Assembly: GCA_965205865.1 (NCBI GenBank)
Contig: CBDBHR010000029.1
Span: 192,001-256,000, forward strand
Reading direction: 5' to 3'
Length of the DNA: 64,000 nucleotides
From: a bacterium
GTDB lineage: Bacteria; SAR324; NAC60-12
In this document: positions 48,852 to 59,586 of the stretch, piece after piece
Numbering within the stretch: position 1 is the first letter of the stretch
How the letters are laid out: each line of letters opens with the position of its first letter
Position numbers and translations under genes: made by a program
Notes under the pieces: generated by a model
Told to the model about the DNA's origin: nothing
Database searches by the model: none
Seen by the model: only the letters and a program-made list of their open reading frames with translations

Positions 48852-48969
48852 TCACTCTTTCAGACAGTGTTACCGTTTCAATCCCTCTGCATAAATTCTC
48901 ACTTTTTGTATAAACAATACTTGTTTTACTGCTGAGAGACAAGAGTCAACTGACCATTAGAAAAAAAAG

Positions 48970-49303
48970 ACCCCTTCGATTTTGGCACGCATTTTTCGTA
49001 GCATAAAATCCAGAAAAGATTTTATGCTCTCGAAACTCAGATCCGCCCCCGCATTAACCGTTGATTTGCCCGAACGTAAGGTGCTTTCCAAGAATGAATT
49101 TACCAGGATTGCGCCGGATTTTATTGGAGCTTCAAGGCATCGCGAAGGGCGCATAGCTCGCTATGTAACTGGAGCGATAACACTGAAGATGCAATAAAAG
49201 ACAAGTTAGATGGTATATTCATTTCAGGAAATCGCCTTAATGAGTTGCCATATTCTAAATCTAAAAAGGCATGATAAACATTGGCAGAGGGAGTAATAAT
49301 CTT
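48970..49303 (+). repeat. 334-bp direct repeat, copy 2
   Basis: Near-identical to 46542-46875. Confidence 0.95.
49077..49239. mobile_element. 163-bp MITE-like element, copy 2
   Basis: Same length as 46649-46811 with near-identical TIRs. Confidence 0.75.
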
Positions 49304-49472
49304 CTTCAACCTGCCGGGGATAGGCCGTCTGCTGTTGGATGCCCTCCTCGACCGAGATTACCCCATGGTCTCCGGCATCAACCTGGTCTTTGCCTCCGGC
49401 GTGTTGGCCATCAACCTGTTCGTGGATCTGCTCTATGGGTTCCTCGACCCGAGAGTACGCCACCGGGAGTGA
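49304..49472 (+). pseudogene. 3' fragment of a dppB-like permease gene
   Basis: FNLPGIGRLLLDALLDRDYPMVSGINLVF...LDPRVRHRE*, joined directly to the end of the repeat. Confidence 0.85.
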
Positions 49473-49474
49473 GC

Positions 49475-50380
49475 ATGCTGCTGAAGAGACTAATCAGGGA
49501 GCATCCGTTGGGTACTGTCGGGGCCGCCATAATCCTGGTGTTGATCCTGGTGAGTATCTTTGCCGATTCTCTGGCGCCCTTTCGCTACGGCGAGATGAAC
49601 CTGGACAATCGCCTCGCCGATCCGTCGAACCAACATCCACTCGGCACCGACCAGCTGGGACGCGACTTCCTGAGCCGCCTGATCCACGGGGCTCGCATCT
49701 CGCTCTTCGTCGGGCTGACGGCGACCACCTTGCATGTGCTGGTCGCGGCGCTGATCGGCGGCAGCGCCGGGTTTCTTGGTGGAAGATTCGATCTGGTGGC
49801 GCAGCGCTTCGTCGATGCGTGGATGGCGATGCCGGGGCTGCTGTTGTTGCTGACGATCATGTCGCTGACAGGCCCTGGCTTAGCGCAGATCATTCTTGTT
49901 CTCGGCATCTCCTCCGGCATCACCAATTCCAGGGTGGTGCGCAGTGCCGTCATCGCCATCAAGGAGAACGACTACTTCCAGGCAGCCCGGGCGGTTGGAG
50001 CCAGCAAGAGCCGGATCTTCTTCCGTCATGTGCTGCCCAATATTATGCCGCCGATCATCATTATCTTCTCGATCACGCTCGGCGCCATCATCGTGGCAGA
50101 GGCCTCGCTGAGCTTCCTCGGATTCGGTCTGCCCCCTGACGTGCCCAGCTGGGGCGGGATGCTCAGCCGGGAGGGACGCCAGTACATGACGATTGCGCCG
50201 CGCCTGGCATTATGGCCGGGTTTGTGCCTGACAATTGTCGTCTACTCCCTCAACATGTTTGGCGATGCCCTCAGGGATCTGCTCGACCCCAGGCTCAGGG
50301 GTGGAGAGGGCAGTTACGGCACTGCAAAGAGGAAACGAAAAAGAGGCCTTCTCGCAAGACTGATCAACCCTTTCCATTAG
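49475..50380 (+). CDS. dppC: DppC-like ABC permease, second paralogue
   Basis: HPLGTDQLGRD.LSRLIHGARISL, RHVLPN, EASLSFLGFG, NMFGDALRDLLDPR. Confidence 0.9.
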   Translation: MLLKRLIREHPLGTVGAAIILVLILVSIFADSLAPFRYGEMNLDNRLADPSNQHPLGTDQLGRDFLSRLIHGARISLFVGLTATTLHVLVAALIGGSAGFLGGRFDLVAQRFVDAWMAMPGLLLLLTIMSLTGPGLAQIILVLGISSGITNSRVVRSAVIAIKENDYFQAARAVGASKSRIFFRHVLPNIMPPIIIIFSITLGAIIVAEASLSFLGFGLPPDVPSWGGMLSREGRQYMTIAPRLALWPGLCLTIVVYSLNMFGDALRDLLDPRLRGGEGSYGTAKRKRKRGLLARLINPFH

Positions 50381-50713
50381 GAGGGCTCCCGATTGTTTTA
50401 CCGATAACACTTTTTTCAAGGTCCCAAAAAATGGACCGCCGCCCTCCACTTTCATGACTTTCTCAATGTTCCCGAGGCCCTCAAACCCTATGTCCCTTCC
50501 TTTGAATATCACCTGGTGGATTTATCAGGCATGAGTGATGATCAAATCAAAGAATCCTTGTTTTTGAGAGTGTTTTTAATGATCATGAAACACATCGACT
50601 CACCGAAACTTTCCCATCTTTTAGCCACTGTCATCTGGCCTCTGTTTGAAAAACTATTTGAAGAAGGTAGTGGTTTGAGGTATCTTGAGGATGTGCTCTA
50701 TTATTTATTCAAA
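50381..50713 (+). pseudogene. Rpn/YhgA-like (PD-(D/E)xK transposase-like) gene, middle fragment
   Basis: LPIVLPITLF, frameshift, then QGPKKWTA..F..FLNVPEALKPYVPSFEYHLVDLS.MSDDQI; interrupted at 50714. Confidence 0.72.
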
Positions 50714-51347
50714 CCTAAGTTGAGCGATTCGTAATAAAAAAAGCTCCCAACCTTGGGAAAAATGTGTTATATTTCAGTGGTTAAAATAAAAAAATTCACA
50801 AAATCTAACACAACCCAACAGGTAGAGAGCTTTATGGGAAAAAATATAACAGTTCAGGATAAAAAGAAACAGATAATTGATGCCAAGCCAACCGATGAAC
50901 ACTTGACAAGTCGTGCCGGATTGGCCTTGTTTGCCCAGTATCTGCAAAGCATTCGGCTGATGCCGATCATCGAAAGGTTGTTTGGTTCGATGCGTAAAAA
51001 TAAAAAAGGAATTGCTGTCTCTGATTTTTTTGTGCAGATCCTCTGTTTTTTCATGGACGGCAGCAGCCGTCATCTCAGTTGGTTCGATCACCTCAAAAGG
51101 GGCGAGGGTTATGCCGCCTTGCTGTCATGCAGTGAGCAAGACCTTGCCTCCTCGCATGCCGTGAAAAGATTTTTTGGAAAGTTCTCTTTTGTACGAGTCT
51201 ACCTGTTTCGTCATCTGCTGCAGATACTGTTTATCTGGAGACTGAAGAAGACTTGTCCAACGGTGATTGTGTTGGGTCTGGATTCGATGGTACTTGATAA
51301 TGATGATGCCCTGAAACGCCATGGTGTCCAGCCGACTTACAAGAAAA
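50714..51347 (+). mobile_element. IS1380-family element: left end and 5' part of transposase (ATG 50834), truncated
   Basis: LTSRAGL.LF..YL, FFMDGSSRHL..FD.LK...GYA, ASSHAVKRFF, LGLDSMVLDNDDA.KR.GV.PTYKK; begins with CC. Confidence 0.78.
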
Positions 51348-51530
51348 GGACAGATGAATTGGGGTCAAGAAGGAGAATCCAACTTATTAAAAAAACTCCT
51401 TCAAAAGAAATTTGGTGAAGCCGCGGAATCTTATCAAGCCGTTCTAGCGATTCTCTCCGTTGATTAACTCGAAACACTAGGAGAAAGACTCATCACTCAA
51501 TCGACTTTAGAAGACATTTTTCAAGGGTTT
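51348..51530 (+). pseudogene. DUF4351-type C-terminal fragment of the Rpn-like gene
   Basis: GQEGESNLLKKLLQKKFGE...LSVD*LETLGERLITQSTLEDIF, with an in-frame TAA. Confidence 0.7.
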
Positions 51531-51580
51531 CCCTGGAGTGTATGCTCTCCACCAAAGCTTTCTTCAAATAGGAATTGAAA

Positions 51581-51676
51581 AGGGCACGCATTTCCCTGTT
51601 CATCGTCGTCGGGGCGCCAACATGTTCGGCAACGCGCTGAGAGACCTGCTCGACCCCAGCCTGAGGGGCGGTGAAG
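51581..51676 (+). pseudogene. Internally deleted dppC remnant
   Basis: ARISLFIVVGA joined to NMFGNALRDLLDPSLRGGE; about 0.5 kb missing relative to the intact paralogues. Confidence 0.75.
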
Positions 51677-51912
51677 CCGCGGAATCTTATCAAACTGGGA
51701 CTCTCTCCGCTATGGAGCCGCTTTAGAAGACAAAGGGTTTCCCTGGAACCAAGGCTAGGAATTGAAATAACCTAAGGACGCCTGACTTCCTAAGACGAAG
51801 AAGGCGCTGTCCAGCGCTGTGGCCGGTCACCGGTGACGAAGTCCAAAACATGATCATTTAGAAAGGTATAGTAACCCGAATTTGGATTGTCCTGGCACAT
51901 TTTTTGGGTGTA

Positions 51913-52002
51913 TGTCATCCTCGCGAATACGGGGATCCAGGGTATTGAAACGAACCCTGGATTCCCGGTCCCGGATCAAGTCCGGGATTGCCAGGAATGA
52001 CA
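51913..52002. repeat. GTCA...TGAC-type REP-like palindrome
   Basis: TGTCATCCTCGCG...GGATCCAGGG...CCCTGGATTCC...CCCGGATCAAGTCCGGG...GGAATGACA. Confidence 0.78.
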
Positions 52003-52058
52003 ACCTCGCCAATTTTCATGCCAGGACAAACCTGAATCTGATCACTATAGGTATACTC

Positions 52059-52970
52059 ATGACTGATTTCAAAACAATCACCTCCTCGCTCGAGGAACGG
52101 GGCTTCTGCGTTATCCCGGAATTCCTCAGCCGTGAAGAGATCGACTTCCTCGTGGCAGAATTCGATGCCAGCCCAGACTATTCCCCCCCAACGAAAACCA
52201 AACATGCGGCGCGGCAACTTGGCGATCGGCCAGTTGCCGGTCAAATCGGAGCGCTGCGTGCTAACGCGATGGGACGAAGAGAAACCTTCCAAAGAATAGG
52301 TCCGCGGATGGAAGAATTCGCCCAGGGACTCACCGGAGCCAAGGCCGCGCTCTACCAAATTCTCTATCTCCAGACTCCGGTAACCGATCTTTCCTGTCAT
52401 CAGGATCACGATCACTTCTTCCTGACGGAGTACAATTCGACTCATCTCAATTACTGGATTCCGTTGGTCAAGCCTTCGCGCACCGAGGCGGGACTGCGCG
52501 TCATTCCTTGGGATCGGCTTCGCGAAAAGTCGCCTCGACTCTTCAACCTCTGTCGGCGCTCGGGCGCCAGTAGCCTGTACTCGCTTCGTGACGGGGGGAC
52601 CTTGTACTTTTCCGACTGGAGCGGGGTCCACTACCACGAGGAGAACCTCGAAATCGAGGAGGTCATGGAGACTCCGGAGGTGGGGCCCGGCGACCTACTG
52701 CTGCTGCGCGTCAACACCATCCACGCGACGCAGACGACCGAGGATCGGCGCCTGGCGGTTTCGCTGCGCACCTGCGATCCGGCGACGCCAATCGACTGGC
52801 ATCGAGTGGCCGGTAGTCCCACACCCCGTATGATGCAGTATCTCGGCGGCATGAAGGGGAACCCAGCTCCCAACAAGTTGTTTTTCCCGGTCTTTCAACA
52901 CACCCAGGAAAACGACTTCGGCACCACTTTGGGGGACATCGTGCCGACCCTGACTGGCGAGCGCGACTAG
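52059..52970 (+). CDS. Divergent PhyH-like Fe(II)/2-oxoglutarate dioxygenase
   Basis: LEERGFCVIPEFLS, CHQDH (HxD), LNYWIPL, GL.VIP, PGDLLL...TIHAT...RR.AVS.R. Confidence 0.8.
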   Translation: MTDFKTITSSLEERGFCVIPEFLSREEIDFLVAEFDASPDYSPPTKTKHAARQLGDRPVAGQIGALRANAMGRRETFQRIGPRMEEFAQGLTGAKAALYQILYLQTPVTDLSCHQDHDHFFLTEYNSTHLNYWIPLVKPSRTEAGLRVIPWDRLREKSPRLFNLCRRSGASSLYSLRDGGTLYFSDWSGVHYHEENLEIEEVMETPEVGPGDLLLLRVNTIHATQTTEDRRLAVSLRTCDPATPIDWHRVAGSPTPRMMQYLGGMKGNPAPNKLFFPVFQHTQENDFGTTLGDIVPTLTGERD

Positions 52971-53285
52971 CTGAGCCGACATTGCCACAGGTTACGGGTC
53001 GGACAGGGAAATTTTGGTTTCACTAAGAAGCAAGGCAAAAAAGATTCATCGGTGGCAGATCAATCAAATAACTGAAGTGGCTGAAAGCCACGGGAAACCT
53101 CTTCCTCATTAAATTTTCAAGAAGATGTGAATTACTTTAATAAGGAGATTTCTCTAAGGGTTGTGGTCAGGCTTGCATATTTGTATTTTTATTCGATAGA
53201 GTTCTTTCCCAAAAAGCAATGGGACCTGGCATGGTTGTCATAAGCAATGAATTGTCGATTTCAAGTGATTACGATCCATACTGTC

Positions 53286-53672
53286 TTATGCCGATATAAA
53301 AAGCCTGGCCAGGATAACCAGAGTCAAGGCCGCATGGATACCCATGACCAATTGAAGAAGTGAAAAGGATTTATCAAAGTTAGTCTTGAAGGAAATAAAA
53401 TCATTTCCGAGAGAAGTCAAATCATTTCCGAGAGAAGTCAAATCACTCTTGAGAGAAGTCAAATCACTCCTGAGAGAAGTCAAATCATTTCCGAGAGAAG
53501 TCAAATCACTCCTGAGAGAAGTCAAATCATTTCCGAGAGAAGACAAGTCTTCCTTTGTCGCTATTTGCGCATCCGAGTGAGAAATTACCGTAACAAGAGC
53601 CTCTGCTTGTTTTTCATTGAATCCGGATGACTTCAATTCCTGAATTGTTGCATGCGTGTCAAGTGTGTACAT
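53286..53672 (-). CDS. DUF1640/CCDC90-like head-neck-coiled-coil-anchor protein
   Basis: LDTH..IQEL..SGF.EKQAEAL, IATKEDL, heptad stalk, C-terminal TM. Confidence 0.8.
   Translation of the reverse strand: MYTLDTHATIQELKSSGFNEKQAEALVTVISHSDAQIATKEDLSSLGNDLTSLRSDLTSLGNDLTSLRSDLTSLKSDLTSLGNDLTSLGNDFISFKTNFDKSFSLLQLVMGIHAALTLVILARLFISA
53398..53544. repeat. Intragenic 21-bp tandem repeat, 7 units
   Basis: AAATCA(TTTCC/CTCCT/CTCTT)GAGAGAAGTC encoding LTSL(GN/RS/KS)D heptads. Confidence 0.95.
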
Positions 53673-53933
53673 GGTTGTTCCCTTCAATGCTTCAATTCAC
53701 ACCTTATACTTGCTTAGACCTTAACACGCCCGAAATCCTTGTGTCAACAGCGATTTTTTGACAATTGGTCGGCTGGTGAAGCCGTATCAGGCCAAAAATT
53801 CACGTAGGAGTTGACGAGCAAGAAAACCTTACCGGGCGCGTCACAAATTCAACCGCAAGATAGATCACGATAAAGAGTCAATCTTGACCCATAAGTCCAT
53901 AAATGAGCCTTGGGATCTCGTAGACAAGAGTGG

Positions 53934-55115
53934 TTAATAGACTTCAAACAAACCGGCAGCGCCCATACCGCCCCCGATACACATGGTGCAAACCACATAG
54001 CGGGCGCCACGACGTTTTCCTTCGATGAGCGCATGGCCTACCATACGCGCACCACTCATGCCGTAGGGATGCCCGATGGAGATGGCTCCCCCGTTGACAT
54101 TGAGCAGTTCATTGGGAATACCCAACCTGTCCCGGCAATAGAGGACTTGCACGGCAAAGGCTTCGTTTAATTCCCACAGATCGATGTCGTCGATGGTCAG
54201 CCCATTTCTCTCCAGTAACTTTGGCACCGCAAAAACAGGCCCAATTCCCATTTCATCAGGCTCGCAGCCTGCCACGGCAAGACCTAGGTACGCCCCCAGG
54301 GGTTTCAAACCCTTTTGTTCTGCCAATTTACTCTCCATCAAAACGGTCGCGGAAGCGCCATCTGACAACTGACTGGCATTGCCTGCAGTGATCCTGCCTC
54401 CCTCGTAAACCGGTTTCAATGACAGCAATCCTTCCATGCTGGTTTCCGGGCGGTTGCCTTCATCGTTTTCCAGAAGGGATTTGGTCTTTACTGTTTCTTC
54501 AGATTTTTTATTGAAAACGACCTTGGTGGTAAGAAGCGGGACGATTTCATCGTCCAATTTTCCTTCTGCCTGGGCAGCAGCAGTTCTTTTTTCGCTTTGC
54601 AGGGCAAATTCGTCTTGAGCTTCCCGGGTGATTTGGTAGCGTTTGCCCACGACTTCTGCCGTATCTATCATAGGCATGTAAGCATGTTCGGCAATCCTGA
54701 GCACATTCGGATCCTGGGACCTGTATCTGTTCATGTGGTTATTCTGAACCAGGCTGATCGATTCCAGACCTCCACCAATGGCGATGGGAACGCCATCATT
54801 TATGATTTGCTTGGCGGCAGTTGCAATAGCCATCATCCCTGAGGAGCATTGTCGGTCGATGCTCATTCCCGAAGTGGTGACCGGCAATCCGGCTACCAAG
54901 GCACTGGTCCGTCCGATATTGAATCCGGAAGTCCCCTGCTGCATGGCGCAGCCCATGATCACATCGTCCACTTCTTCGGGTTCGATTCCTGCCCGTTTGA
55001 TCGCTTCCCGGATCACATGTCCTCCCAAGGTAGGAGCATCGGTGTCATTGAAAGCTCCTCGATAGGCCTTACCAATCGGTGTTCTGGCTGTTGAAACAAT
55101 CACTGCGTCTTTCAT
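53934..55115 (-). CDS. Acetyl-CoA C-acyltransferase (thiolase, PimB-like)
   Basis: [42 protein letters not shown]. Confidence 0.95.
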   Translation of the reverse strand: MKDAVIVSTARTPIGKAYRGAFNDTDAPTLGGHVIREAIKRAGIEPEEVDDVIMGCAMQQGTSGFNIGRTSALVAGLPVTTSGMSIDRQCSSGMMAIATAAKQIINDGVPIAIGGGLESISLVQNNHMNRYRSQDPNVLRIAEHAYMPMIDTAEVVGKRYQITREAQDEFALQSEKRTAAAQAEGKLDDEIVPLLTTKVVFNKKSEETVKTKSLLENDEGNRPETSMEGLLSLKPVYEGGRITAGNASQLSDGASATVLMESKLAEQKGLKPLGAYLGLAVAGCEPDEMGIGPVFAVPKLLERNGLTIDDIDLWELNEAFAVQVLYCRDRLGIPNELLNVNGGAISIGHPYGMSGARMVGHALIEGKRRGARYVVCTMCIGGGMGAAGLFEVY

Positions 55116-55561
55116 TTTTTTCCTTTGACTTTGTATGGAAGTTGTTTGAGTTTGACGGGTAACCTGCTTCTGCCAGAAAAAAATTGAGTTGAGTTTCAAT
55201 AGTTAGAAAGGCAGCAAAGTGAGGCATTTTTAAAAAAAATATTGCGTTCAATTTATTGAATAATCAAAATTGATCAAGTTATTTAATCGCATCGAGTCTG
55301 GTTCTCCGCAGCTTTTTGAGTAACTGATCGTTCCCTCACTTTGCGTCTCTTTGGAGCGAGAAGCGTCGAATCGGCAATTGCAAGCAAAGCATGGGATCGA
55401 TTCAAATACCCGGTAGCGTGTTGGCGGGGGATGTTTTTTATTCCGTCATTTCCACCAATATGCAACGGATGATTTGAAAGAGCTTGTGATTTCGTACAAT
55501 ACCCATTAAAGCAAACATCTATTGAAAAAAATAATCTCAACAGAACTCTCCCCAGGACAAA

Positions 55562-56098
55562 ATGGCTTCCCAATCGAATGCACGGATTCTTCCTTTTCAA
55601 GGCGCCCGGCCCCGAATTGCGGCAGATGCTTTTATTGCCGGTAATGCGGTCATAATCGGAAATGTAGAAATTGGCTCCCAATCCGGAATTTGGTTTGGAT
55701 GCGTCCTGCGCGGAGATGTCAATGATATACGTATTGGAGAACGTACCAATATCCAAGATGGTACTATTATTCATGTTTCCCATGGAAATCAGGGGACTTA
55801 CCTGGGAAATGACGTAACAGTGGGACACATGGTGCTCTTGCACGCCTGTACGATCGAGGACCGCGCCTTCATCGGGATGAAAGCATGCCTGTTGGATAAT
55901 GTTTATGTGGAGCAAGGCGGGATGGTTGCTGCCGGCTCTCTGGTAACTCCTGGCAAGAGAGTCCGCTCCGGAGAATTGTGGATGGGAAATCCTGCACGAT
56001 GCAAAAGAATGCTCACGGAAGAAGAAAAAATCGGCTTTGGCAAAACGGCGCCCCACTATGTCGAGTTGGCCGGGCAATACTTGCAGCCCCATTTATAG
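55562..56098 (+). CDS. Gamma-class carbonic anhydrase family protein (YrdA/PaaY-like)
   Basis: VLRGDVN.I.IG..TNIQDG..IH, VGH..LH, hexapeptide repeats, GNPAR. Confidence 0.93.
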   Translation: MASQSNARILPFQGARPRIAADAFIAGNAVIIGNVEIGSQSGIWFGCVLRGDVNDIRIGERTNIQDGTIIHVSHGNQGTYLGNDVTVGHMVLLHACTIEDRAFIGMKACLLDNVYVEQGGMVAAGSLVTPGKRVRSGELWMGNPARCKRMLTEEEKIGFGKTAPHYVELAGQYLQPHL

Positions 56099-56156
56099 CG
56101 AGTTCGATTCAACTCGACTCAAATGACCTTTTACCCCGTGGGGTTGCAGTATTTCT

Positions 56157-57932
56157 CTATAAATTCAAATCCGTGACTGCACCCAGAGAGGCGTTGCTGA
56201 CGGTTTTGGCATATTTAGCAAGAATGCCTTTTGTGTAGCGAGGTTGCGGACGCTTCCAGGCTTTCAAACGTCTTTTCAAGTCGGCTGCGGAAATATCGAG
56301 ATTCAGTTGCCGTTTTTTTGCGTCAATGGTGATTTGATCTCCATCCTCAATGATGGCAATCGGACCTCCTTCAATAGCTTCCGGCGTGATATGGCCCAGC
56401 ACAAAACCGTGACTTCCTCCGGAAAAACGCCCATCGGTGATCAAGGCCACATCGTTGCCCAGTCCCCTGCCCATCACTGCCGAGGTAGGCGCCAGCATTT
56501 CCCGCATGCCAGGGCCCCCTTTCGGACCTTCGTAACGGATGACAATCACGTCACCTTTTTGCACCGTGCCATCCAAGATTCGCTGCATCGCATTTTCCTC
56601 CGAATCGAAACAGCGGGCATTGCCCACAAAACTTTCTCCTTCCTTTCCGGAAATTTTCCCCACTGCGCCTTCAGCAGCCAGGTTGCCGTTGAAGATCACC
56701 AGATGGCTATCGTTCTTGATGGGATTCTTAAACGAATAGATCACTTTCTGTCCCCTGGGGTAAGCCTTCACGCCCTTCAGATTTTGTGACACGGTCAGGC
56801 CGGTGACCGTCATGCAATCTCCATGAAGTAGCTTGGCATCGAGCAGCATTTTCATCAAGGGTTGCAGGCCGCCAATATTGATCAAGTCATTCATCACAAA
56901 TTTTCCACTGGGCTTCAAATCGGCCAATACCGGGACTCGTCGTCCAATCCTGGTAAAATCGTCGATTTTCAAGGAAACGCCCATGGTATGCGCCATGGCC
57001 AGCAAATGAAGCACCGCATTGGTTGACCCTCCCAGGGTAATGACTATTGTGATGGCATTCTCAAAGGCTTTTTTGGTCATGATATCCACAGGGCGGATGC
57101 CCTGTTTGATCAGCTTCATCACGGCTGCTCCGGCCTGGCGACATTCCTGAGCTTTGGCGAGGGAAATAGCGGAGGCTGCGGAGCTGTTGGGCAGACTCAT
57201 GCCCATGGCTTCAATAGCCGACGCCATCGTATTGGCCGTGTACATTCCACTGCATGAACCCGGACCGGGAATAGCACTCGATTCAACGGCGCTCAACTCT
57301 TGTTCGTTGATCTTTTTACTGGCAAATTGACCTACCGCTTCAAAAATGGAAATAATGTCCACGTCTTGGTTTTGGTATTGACCCGGCATGATAGTACCCC
57401 CGTACACAAAAACAGAAGGCCGGTTCAGCCTCGCCAAAGCCATCAGGCAGCCTGGCATGTTTTTGTCACATCCTCCGATTGCGACGACACCGTCATAACC
57501 CTGACATCCCACCACCGTTTCAATCGAATCGGCAATCACTTCCCGGGAAACCAGGGAATATTTCATCCCTTCGGTTCCCATGGAAATGCCATCGGAAATG
57601 GTGATAGTATTGAATTGGTTCGACTTGCCACCAGCGCGATCCACCCCTTTTGCCGCAAAGCCGGCCAGCTCGTTTATGTGCATATTGCAGGGAGTGACCA
57701 TTCCCCAGGTAGAAGCAATGCCGACTTGGGATTTTTTGAAATCGGATTTTTTAAAGCCCATCGCGTACAACATACCCCGACTCGCTGCCCGCTCGTATCC
57801 ATCGAGCACGATTGCAGAATGTTTCCGTTCCAATGAAACGGGTGAGGCAGGTTCTTTCTTTGCCGGGTTTTTTTGAGAAGAGGTCACTTTGGAGGATTGA
57901 GTTTTTACAGTGGACGGTTTTGTTTTCGGCAT
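56157..57932 (-). CDS. ilvD: Dihydroxy-acid dehydratase
   Basis: [57 protein letters not shown]. Confidence 0.97.
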   Translation of the reverse strand: MPKTKPSTVKTQSSKVTSSQKNPAKKEPASPVSLERKHSAIVLDGYERAASRGMLYAMGFKKSDFKKSQVGIASTWGMVTPCNMHINELAGFAAKGVDRAGGKSNQFNTITISDGISMGTEGMKYSLVSREVIADSIETVVGCQGYDGVVAIGGCDKNMPGCLMALARLNRPSVFVYGGTIMPGQYQNQDVDIISIFEAVGQFASKKINEQELSAVESSAIPGPGSCSGMYTANTMASAIEAMGMSLPNSSAASAISLAKAQECRQAGAAVMKLIKQGIRPVDIMTKKAFENAITIVITLGGSTNAVLHLLAMAHTMGVSLKIDDFTRIGRRVPVLADLKPSGKFVMNDLINIGGLQPLMKMLLDAKLLHGDCMTVTGLTVSQNLKGVKAYPRGQKVIYSFKNPIKNDSHLVIFNGNLAAEGAVGKISGKEGESFVGNARCFDSEENAMQRILDGTVQKGDVIVIRYEGPKGGPGMREMLAPTSAVMGRGLGNDVALITDGRFSGGSHGFVLGHITPEAIEGGPIAIIEDGDQITIDAKKRQLNLDISAADLKRRLKAWKRPQPRYTKGILAKYAKTVSNASLGAVTDLNL

Positions 57933-57993
57933 GGATTTTTCCTTATTTGTTCATATATGGGGAAATGAAACTCCTCAACATTTCCACGAAAAA

Positions 57994-58710
57994 TCAGGCT
58001 AACACAGTTTGGGCTTCACACAAGCGAGTTGCCAGATTGATCCCCTGGGGGCAAGCCGTTGAGGCTTGTGCCAAATCCATTTGATCGAAGCGGCGGGATT
58101 CTGGGGGAATACTCCGGAACAACTCACGTGCCTGTTCTTTTTTCTCATAGCATTCATAGTACATGAGAAAACGCAGGGAATCGGCAATGGCTGCTTGGTT
58201 TCCCACAACCGTCTCGCAGAACTGTGAGCAACCGTTGCAGGCATGTCCCGCAGTCAGTGCCGCTAATTGATTCAATTGATGCCATTCGTTGGCAGAGAGC
58301 AGTTTTTCGGTTTTGGCGGCAGCAATGTTTTCCCGTACCACTCGGATGCTATCCATTTCTGAGACGATTGCATCGACGCGCTCGTCTGCCCAAACAGATT
58401 TCAGTTTTGCTTGTCCCAGTGTGAATTCCTCTGAACGAAACTGCGCCACGGATTCCAGATTACTCGGAACTGAAGCATTGGTTTTCATGGCAATCAATCC
58501 GATCCCTGCTTTTTTACAGGCATCCATTGCGCGATTCAATTCCAAGTCGCCATAGCGCCGAAAATTATAACGGAAGAGGATGGCATCAATGCCTCCTACT
58601 CGTGCGGCTTTGGTCAAAAGTTCCACGACGTTGCCATTGTGGCAGGAAAATCCGAAAAATCTGGTTTTTCCGGACTGTCTCAATTTGTCCCCAAGGCGCA
58701 GAGCAGGATG
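57994..58710 (-). pseudogene. 5'-truncated aldo/keto reductase with C-terminal Fe-S domain
   Basis: GKTRFFGFSCH, GIGLIAMKT, C.GC..C, CPQGI; upstream sequence shows no AKR N-terminal half. Confidence 0.7.
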
Positions 58711-58936
58711 ATTCCGGAAATATTTTCCACGAAGGGAATATGTTTGCGTAAGACTCTTCTTTTTTTGGAAGTGAAAACACGATCTTGGGCCATTTTTATC
58801 ACTCGTAGAACTATGGTGCTCGTCGAAACCAAGCCTTTCCCGGCGTGTCAACCGGCTAAGCCAGCGTCTCCAACTTTAACCTATGTACTGCTTGGGAACA
58901 AACCTTAAATAACCTGTAATTATTCCAATGGTGTGA

Positions 58937-59019
58937 GCAAAATTGGGGGACACATGTACACCGCTGCGCATCCCAACTCTACTGTTTTATGCCTGCTGTT
59001 ACGTGTCCCCTAATTTTGC
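58937..59019. repeat. 17-bp inverted repeat (GGGGACAC...GTGTCCCC type)
   Basis: GCAAAATTGGGGGACAC ... GTGTCCCCTAATTTTGC, one mismatch. Confidence 0.7.
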
Positions 59020-59205
59020 GTATCCATACTTCTAACTTATTTAAATTTCATTCCTTAATTAAACCATGGATCAAATACCTTCTCCGGAACGCAGTAGCGG
59101 AATTCTCTTCAACGTCTATCCGGTACTGGCAACATACTTGGCAATTCATAAAATCATCCAATCAGCAAAAAAGGGTTGGACAATCCGGAAAATCAAGACT
59201 GGAAT

Positions 59206-59559
<354 letters not shown>

Positions 59560-59586
59560 TCAACAGGTTCAGGATGGATATTTTTT

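Noticed and set aside
46497-49197. Duplicated short ORFs (MARIFRSIK...) in the 334-bp repeats
   Set aside because: They lie across non-coding hairpin/MITE sequence and differ in start between copies
47167-53544. Tandem repeats as a CRISPR array
   Set aside because: Units of 7 and 21 bp are contiguous with no unique spacers; no cas genes present
53820-53840. AGAAAACCTTACC resembling a 16S rRNA motif
   Set aside because: Isolated short match with no surrounding rRNA similarity
59047-59150. Short - strand ORF MNCQVCCQYRIDVEE downstream of glnB
   Set aside because: Only a faint resemblance to small Cys-rich proteins; too short to support
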